Source: an uncultured virus (IMG/VR IMGVR_UViG_3300042338_000192) (taxonomy: Duplodnaviria > Heunggongvirae > Uroviricota > Caudoviricetes). Taken from it: DNA of 64,000 bases. The position numbers and the translations under genes were made by a program. Under the pieces are notes generated by a model, which searched no databases, had not been told where the DNA came from, and saw only the letters and a list, made by a program, of their open reading frames with translations. Positions 30,901 through 39,900 of this stretch are shown piece after piece. Positions within the stretch are counted from its first letter, which is position 1. Each line of letters begins with the position of its first letter. Where the stretch lies: positions 1 through 64,000 of the IMG/VR virus record IMGVR_UViG_3300042338_000192; one strand, 5' to 3'.

Positions 30901-33900
30901 AAAATTACTTCATTCTTTATCACTATTGCAAAATTTATTCCAAGATTATTTTTAGGCTTTAATATATTTGCGCTTACAGGCGGCATTCTTGCAATGTATT
31001 TAATGGGTAGTAACGGCACATTAATGGGAGCCTTGGATGATATATACGAAAAAGTTAAAAAGATACTTGGGATCCATTCAGCAGCAAAAGATAAAAAGAC
31101 TGGATTACTAAAAAGTGAAGCTGACACTGCTACTCAATATGGAATTTCTCTTAAGTATGATGCAAGGCTAATTGATGAGTCTAATATTGAAGATCCTCAG
31201 ATATTTGAGAGATACACCAAGGCTCAAGAAACATTTAAATCTTCTATGGAAGCTTTAAAGAATGCTGAGGATAAAGGCGGTTCTGGTGATAAATCAGCTT
31301 TACAAAAAGATGCAGAGAAAGCAGCTGAAGTATTAAATAAGAAAGCTGCAGAAGCAATGCGAGCATCTAGGTTCAATATGCAGAAAACTGTAGATCTTTT
31401 TAAGAATTTTACAGTGGAGCGGTCAACTCGTCTTGATGAAGTGTTTGGTGGCGCAGACTCATTATCTCTACCTACGCGGAAAGGTTCAAAAGCAAGCGGA
31501 ACAATTTCTGCACGTGAAATGACTATGAGTACTGCGTACTTGACACCTGAGCAAGATGCAGTAAAAGCACGTATTTTTGAACTTAAGGCAATGGCGGATG
31601 AAGCTGTTAAATTAGGTGAATTGCCCGGTCTTGATGAAAATTTCAAAATGAGTCTTGCAGTTGCAAGTAATGATGTATATAAATATACAACAAAGATAAA
31701 TGAAGATCTGAGTTCTATGTCTATGCAGAATCTTTTAGGCAGTCCAGATTTAAAAGTTGATATCTCTTATTTTGAAAAATCAGTAGATGCCTTAGGCAAA
31801 TTCGTATCACGTGCAAAAGAAATTGCAAAAGCGCTTGCAGATGAACAAATATACACTAATCTTGTAAGTTCATTAGTAGGTAATTTAAAAGATGCTAATG
31901 TAAGTATAACCGCTAATGATATATTACCTGAATCTGAAAATAATGCTGCAATTTCAAGATTGCAACAATTAGGGTTAGAAGCTAAAAGATTAAAAGACCA
32001 TCTCGATCATACGTTCAGTACTAAAGATCGAAACGCAACTTTATCTACATTAAGAGCTGTTGAAAGAGAAGCTAAACTTGCACAAGAAATGGCAGCTGAT
32101 ACTGCAACAATTGGTCCAGTAGCTTTAGCCAAAAATATAGAGAAGCTTGGAATTAGAGGTGTAGAAGCATTACGTTTTGTAAATGAAAAAGCAACTCTTG
32201 ATATCAAGCAGGCTACTTACGGGCAGATGATGACTACATCACCTGAAAGAATTAGTCGTGCGCTTGTGGGTAATGATTTAAGGACTAATGTGCAAAGAGG
32301 TGTCCAAAGTCCTCCTCGTGATTTAAATATAAAAGAAGTAAATGCTCCTGAGCAAGTTCCATTTAAATCTGTAAACCCTGCATTTATCAAAACGCCTTCA
32401 ATATATGATATCCCTGCATTAAATATGTTAGGGGCGCCTAATAAATTTTCTCTTTTACCTAAGGCTACTACAAGAGATTTGAGTTCATTTTTACCACCTG
32501 CACTTAAAGAGCCTCTTATTATCCCTATTGATGATAAGGTTACTGCAGAATCGTTGAATAGGTTTGCATTAAAAGTAGTAGCAGCTAGGGCAAATATAGA
32601 AGCTACTTTAACCAAACCTGAAGATAAACCTAATCCATTTTTAAAAGATACTGCTGAATGGATTAAGGTTGAAAGAGAAAATGCAACGGCAGCTGATAAT
32701 TATAATAAACGTCTTGAAGAGCGAAAATACGATTTAGAGAATATAGATTTATGGATGGTTCAACTTGCTGCCGATACTAAAAGATTTCAAGATACTGATC
32801 CATTTGCCAAAGCTTTGCAAGGTTTAAAAGATATTGAAACATCAGGCATTAACTATCAACAAGTGTTTAAAGATTTTGGAAGAGCCGACGCTGATAAGGC
32901 GGCTACTAACATTGCTAGACTTAAGAATGCTATTCAAGATCTTAGAGATGGTAAATATAAAATTGCAGGTGGAGATCCACAAGGATTAATAAATAATTAT
33001 GAAGATGAATTAGCTCGAGCAGAAGCTGCGATAGCGCACAGAGAGATTCAATTCCCAGAATTTGGGCTAGATGCTCCTCGTAAGTTTAGGGCAGTCAGTG
33101 TAGACTTGTTGAAAGAAATTGATAGTGTTGATAAGCAAATCTTTAATCTAAACTCTGATATTAAACTAGCAGGTAATGATACTGGTAAAATTAAAACACT
33201 TAGCATAGAATTAGCTAAAGCTGAGAAACGCAGAGAAGAGATCAAAGCAGGTTTTGCAGATCTTACTTCGAAAACTTCTACAGTAAATGAAGTTTTTGGC
33301 TCTAATATGTCTACAGCGTTGATGGCAGGGTTGCCCTCTAAATTATGGGCACAATTATCAGGTACTGCTACACAATATAAAACTGCATTAGAAGAAGCTA
33401 TGAAAGAGTCTGATATGACTTCTTCAACTGAAGCACTTGCAACTAGCTTTGAAAATCTAAAATCTCATACGTCATTCTTAGGTTTCTTCGTAGATATGAA
33501 GACGCGCCTTAAGGAGACTATAACAGACGGGTTTACTTCTTCATTTGAGAAAATCAAATCGGGATTACCTGATTTAAATATCAATGCATCTCAATATGCT
33601 GCATTACCAACTACACAAAAGGTAGAGCTTAAGAATCGTGCAGATACAATTTATTTTGCTGAAGCATTGCAAAAGATGGACTCTATGTCAGGTGAAATGT
33701 ATAATTTTGCAACAGATAAACTTAAAGGTGGTATGCCGATTAAGGATATCCTATCTGGAATGGAATCGCGATTTGGTAAAGAGTTTGCTAATTTAAACAT
33801 TGCTGGCAAATTGACACCACCTCAAAGTTTCTCTGAAATGCTTCTCACAGCTGGCGCAGATATCAAGTCAGGTGCCTCAGAATTTCGTGGGGCTGTCACT

Positions 33901-36900
33901 GACCTAATTGCAGGAAAGCCGGCCACAGGCGGTACCGCAGAGTCCCCACAAACAGCTATTCCGCAGTCAGAGCTGGCACCGATGCCAAAAGCGTCAAGCA
34001 TGGCAGTCCCAGAAGGATTCAGTGCCAAAGAACTAAATAATTCAACATATGATGCAATCTTCAAAGAAGCGGCAACTAAATACAATGTTGATTGGATAGC
34101 TTTAAAAGCATTAGGAATTGTTGAAAGCAGATTAAAGAAAGATGCTGTAAGTGATAAAGGTGCTATTGGTGTTATGCAATTAGTGCCTAGATGGCATAAG
34201 CTTAATGACTATACAGATGCTCGTGAAAATATATTTGCAGGTGCTAAATACTATAAGTCAGGATTGAAAAGAAATAACGAAGATCTTGCAATGACTGCAG
34301 GCGGTTATAATGTAGGCTTTGGCAATAGCTATAATAATACAGAGACCCAAAATCAAATTTCCAGATTTAGGGATGTGTATGGGTATCTTAAGGGCGCTCC
34401 TGTTGCTGATACATCTGCCCCAGTAACTAAAGTTGATGGAACATTAAATACTGTTGCATTAAAAGCTAATACAGTAAAAGATGAAATGGCTTCTGCGTTT
34501 CAATTATGGATTGAAACATATAAGATAGCGGCTAATAATCAAGAAACATTAAACACTGCTAATGCTGATTTAGTTAAAGCAGGTGGCGCATTAGGTCGTG
34601 AAACACAAAAGACTTTAATAACTGAAGCTGGCTTTACTGAAGACGCATTCTTAGGTATGAATACTGAGCTTAAGAATTATGCATTAACTGTTGCCGGTAA
34701 AATTAATCAATTAAAAGCTGATATAGATGCTGCAATTAAAGCTGGTAAACCTACTGAGCAGTTTCTCCAAGATAGACTAAATGCATCTGCAGGTGTCGAA
34801 GGTACTAATAAAGGTCTGGCTGCAAACACAATGCCTACTACCTTAAAAGAAATGGATGCATTCCGTAAAGCTTCTACAGGAAATATTACAGCATTCCTTA
34901 GAGAATATAGCGGATTAAGCGCTGAAAATATTGATCTTATGACAGAAGAAGATAAGGTTAAAACAGGCATATTAGTCCATCAACAAGCTGATTTAGAATA
35001 TCAAATGGCTGTTGACGCAAAAGCAGGTAAATCAACTGTTGATACAGCAGGTAAAATTCTTAGTCTTGGCGATGATATCAAGGATATGGGGGACAAGTCA
35101 GAAGTTGCAGCGGCTAGTATTAGAGCAGCAAGAGACGCTGGAAAGGCCTTTTCTAGCACATTAACTACTGGCTTTACAGACGCATTTAAAGGGTTGTTAC
35201 GTGGCGAAAAAGATAGTGGACAAAATGCATTCCAAACCTTTGCTTCTAAACTCAAACAAAATTTAATCGACTCTACTATTAACTCTTTTTCTACTGGTGT
35301 AACTAATTCATTAGGCTTTGGTAAAGGCGGTGCTGTTGAAAACATGGCATCAGGCCTTGGTGAAGGCATCTTTAAGATGTTTGATAAGGGTATTAATTCT
35401 ATTCCAGGAGTTACTACTGCTTCTGCTGCAACTAGTAATTTCTCTAAGAGTGTCGGCAGTTTCTTTAAAAATGATGTTGGTAATTTCTTTGGCTTTGCAG
35501 AGGGCGGTCCGATAGTAGGCCCGGGAACTGGTACATCTGATTCGATAATGGCTAAATTATCCAATGGTGAATTTGTTATAAATGCTAAATCAACTGCTAA
35601 ATATGGTAATTTGATTAATGCTATTAATAATGATAAACTTCCTAAGTTTGCATTAGGTGGTATGGTAAATAAGATTGCTAATGCAGAAACAAGAAGTCCT
35701 TTATTCTCTAATATCCCTGTCTTAGAAAAACCTACTCAAACCAATGTAACTATTGATACCGAAATTCTAGATACTTCTGCATTTAAATTAAATAAGTCAG
35801 CAACTGATTTATCTGATTCAGCAGCTAAAGGGTCAAGTCTTTGGGATAAGTTAGCTGCAGCCGCAGGCGGTAGTACCCCTGTTACATCTTTAACTGGTGT
35901 TGGTGTTGATGTCGGTAAGCAAGTTCTTAAATTCTTTTCAGATACCGGGAAATGGGCATGGAACGGTCTTATTGATGTTGGCTCTAAAGTCGGTACATTC
36001 TTTTCGGACAGTGCTAAATGGGCATGGAATGGCATCGTTGATGTTAGTACTGCAATTGGAGATTTCATTTCGAAGAATGCAAAGTGGGCTTGGAATGGTA
36101 TCGTTGATGTCGGTTCTAAGGTTGAAGATTTCTTCTCAGATACCACTAAATGGGCATGGAGCGGTCTTGTTGACGTAAGTACTAAAGTCGGTGCATTCTT
36201 TGCAAACGCAGGAAAGTGGGCATGGAATGGTTTAATTGACGTAAGTACTAAAGTCGGTGCATTCTTTACAGACAGTGCTAAATGGGCATGGAATAGCTTA
36301 ATTGATGTTGGATCGAAAGTTGGTACATTCTTTGCAGACGCTAGAAAGTGGGCATGGACTAATCTTGTAGATGTCGGCTCTAAGGTTGGAGATTTCTTCT
36401 CAGATACCACTAAATGGGCATGGGATGGTATTGTAGATGTCGGTAAAAAGGTCGGTACATTCTTTGCGGATACTGGAAAGTGGGCATGGAGTGGCATTAT
36501 AGATGTCGGTAAGAAGGTTGGAGATTTCTTTTTAGACACCACTAAATGGGCATGGAGTGGCATTATTGATGTTGGTGCTGCACTTGGAGACTCTATTTCG
36601 AAAAATGCAAAATTAGTATGGGACGGTGTTATCGATGTTGGTAAGAAGGTTGGGGATTTCTTTACAGACACCACTAAATGGGTATGGACCGGTATTGTAG
36701 ATGTTGGCAAAAAGGTTGGGAATTTCTTTACAGACACCACTAAATGGGCATGGGATGGTATTATAGATGTCGGTAAGAAGGTTGGGAATTTCTTTACAGA
36801 CACCACTAAATGGGCATGGACCGGTATTGTAGATGTTGGCGCTAAGGTTGGCGGGTTCTTTACAGATAATGCTAAATGGGCATGGAATACTGCTGTAGAT

Positions 36901-39900
36901 ATTAGCGCCAGTATTGGTACTTGGGTCACTACAAACGCTGCAACGCTTTGGAAAGGTACTGTAAATCTTGGTGCCGATATTGGTAAAGGAATCACATGGG
37001 CGTGGACAAGTGCTATTGATTTGGCTGACAGCGCAAAAACTTGGATAGAAACAGCCGCAAATAACTTTTGGAAAGGCTCTATAGATTTAGGTACGAAAGC
37101 TGGAGATTGGATAGGTACAACCACTAGTAAATTCTGGACAGGTACTGTAGCATTAGGTACAAAAGTTGGGGATTGGATAGGTACAAGTGCCAATAACTTT
37201 TGGGGAGGTACTGTAGCTTTAGGTACGAAAGCTGGAGATTGGATTACCACAAAAGCTTCTGACTTTTGGACAGGGACAGTAGCAGTAGGTACAAAAATCG
37301 GTGACTGGATAGACACAACAAGTAGCAAGTTTTGGACAGGCACCGTAGATATTGGAACAAAACTAGGGAGCTGGATCAGTACTAATGCATCAACTCTCTT
37401 TACAAATGCTGGGCAAGTGTTAACTGATACAGGAGCAACACTAGCTGAGACTGGAAAAGTCGCATGGTCAGGTATTGTAGATATCAGCTCAAGTCTTACA
37501 GCATGGTTAAAAGAGACAGCAAATATAACATGGTCAGGTATTGCAGATGTTAGTTCAAGCATTGGTACTTGGATAGGTACTGCAGGTAATTGGACATGGA
37601 CAAAAGCTGTAGATGTAAGTAAAAGTGTCACCGACTGGTTAGGAACTGCTGCCAATATTACATGGTCAGGTCTTGCTGATATTTCTACAAGCCTTAGTGC
37701 GTGGTTTACAACAAAGGCCGGTAGTTTTATTACTGGTACTTTAGATGTCGGTTCACAAGTTGTAAATACAGTCGGTTCAACGTTAGCTGAAACTGGGAAA
37801 ATTGCATGGTCAGGAATTGTTGATATTAGCGCCAATTTAAAAACATGGCTAGGCACTGCATCTAATATCGTTTGGTCTGGAGCTGCAGAGATAGGGGAAA
37901 GTCTCAAAACTTATTTATCGAAAGCAGGTAATTGGGTTTGGAATACAGGTGCAGATATTTCTGTAAGTGTAGGTACATATCTTAAAACTGCAGGAAATTG
38001 GTTATGGTCAACAGCAGTAGATATAGGTGATAGCGTTAGTAAGGCTGTTCCAACTATTGCAAAATGGGCATGGACTAGTACTGTAGATATAAGTAAAAGT
38101 GTTACAAGCTGGCTAGGCACTGCGGCTAATATAACATGGTCAGGTATTGCAGATATTTCCAGCAGTCTTGGTTCATGGTTTACAACAAAGGCCGGTAGCT
38201 TTATAACTGGGACTTTGGATGTAGGTAAGCAGGTTGTCAGCAGCACTGCTGCGGTCATCTCAGATACAAGTAAAATAATCTGGAACGGTACTGCAGACAT
38301 TGGAACAAGCTTAAAAACTTATCTTAGCAAAGCTGCAAATTGGACATGGACAACAGCAACAGACCTTGGTGCGGGTATTACTGCGTTTATTGATAAGTCT
38401 GCAAACTGGGCATGGGCAAAGGCAATAGATGTTGGCGCGAATATTAAAGCATTCTTAGCCAAAGGTGCTAATTGGGTTTGGACAAATGCTGTGGATATTG
38501 GGACAGCTCTTACAAGTTTTGTCACCACAAAAGGTAATTGGTTGTGGTCAACAGCTACAGATCTTTCGGCAACGGTAGGAAGTAAAATTAAAGATTTAGC
38601 CACATTCACATGGGGTGGTGTTGTCGACATGGGCACTACAGTAGGCGATAGCCTAACCCAGTGGTTTAGAGACTTTGAGATGCCAGCTTTCGAACCTAGT
38701 AGTTGGGTGAACCAAGCTAAAGTTGTCGGTGGCGCTGTGTGGGATTGGGTTGCAGCTGGGTTTAAAAGCTTAGATAAATTAGATTTTAGTAAATTTATTT
38801 CAAGTATCTTTAAAACAGGTGGTGTAACAGGTACGCCTAACGCTGATGCAAAAATAGGTGGTGGTATATTCCAAGGCTCAGGGACAGGTACCTCTGATTC
38901 TAATGTTATTAGAATTTCGAATGGTGAGTATATTATTCCTGCTAAGCAAACTGCTGAGTATGCTGATGTACTGAATCAAATTAGAGCTGGTACTTTTGGG
39001 AAAGGAATGCCAGAAGGTGTTAATCTAGGTGATTATGCGAAAGGTATTGAAACTGGAAAATATTCTACGACTAGTAACAAAGGTTTCTTTGATGCAATTG
39101 GTAAACTAAAGACCTATGATGCTGCTGGAAATCCAACAGGACATTACTGGAAATCTGAATATGCGCCTATAATGGATTCATTAGGTTCTGCATTTACATC
39201 AGGATTGCCTTCAAATTCTTCTGTTGCTTATAATGGTAAGAGTTATAATATAGCTGCTTTCAATAAATTAATGATGAAGGGCATTAGTGGTGCAGGCCAA
39301 TTAGTTAGGACAGCGCTAGGGAAATACTCTTGGGATAATACTGGAGAAATGTCTGATTGGACTCCTGATATTTCTGAAACGCCTATAGCTGGCACATCTC
39401 AGTATACTATGGAGCAGTTAAGGTATACTTTTGGAAAGCAAGGCGAAGCTATCGGATACTCGGATATAAAACCTACTGATATGACTACTAAGTTCATATT
39501 AAGTGATAATGGCGCTAGACAAGTTCCTAATCTCTTAAATGATGATAGTAATTGGTTTGGTACAGGTATTCTGTTGCCTAATGATCCTTCTATGTCAGTA
39601 GAAGATATGGCTGCAATTAGAGCGCATAACTATTTAAACCTTAGACGATTTGATTCTATTGCTGATAAGCAAACAGGTAAAGGTTTACTGCGTGTATTCA
39701 ATCAAAATCCTAAAACTAAAGCTTTTGAACCTGCCAAAGGTTCTTTAGGACCTTGGAGAACTCAATCAGAAGTAAATAAGTTAATTGAAAATTCAGGCTA
39801 TTTAGGGAATACACAATTCTTTGATAACACAACAGTTGCACAAATGGATGCTGTCAGAGAAGCTTCCTTTCCTGTGATAAGTGCGTATAATGAAGAATCC

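Noticed and set aside
35904..36900. CRISPR-like periodicity (66 bp)
   Set aside because: The whole unit is conserved and in frame with synonymous variation; there are no unique spacers or cas genes.
35736..37907. 723-aa minus-strand ORF
   Set aside because: Antisense shadow of the 66-bp TMP repeats; no independent motifs, and no other credible minus-strand gene exists.
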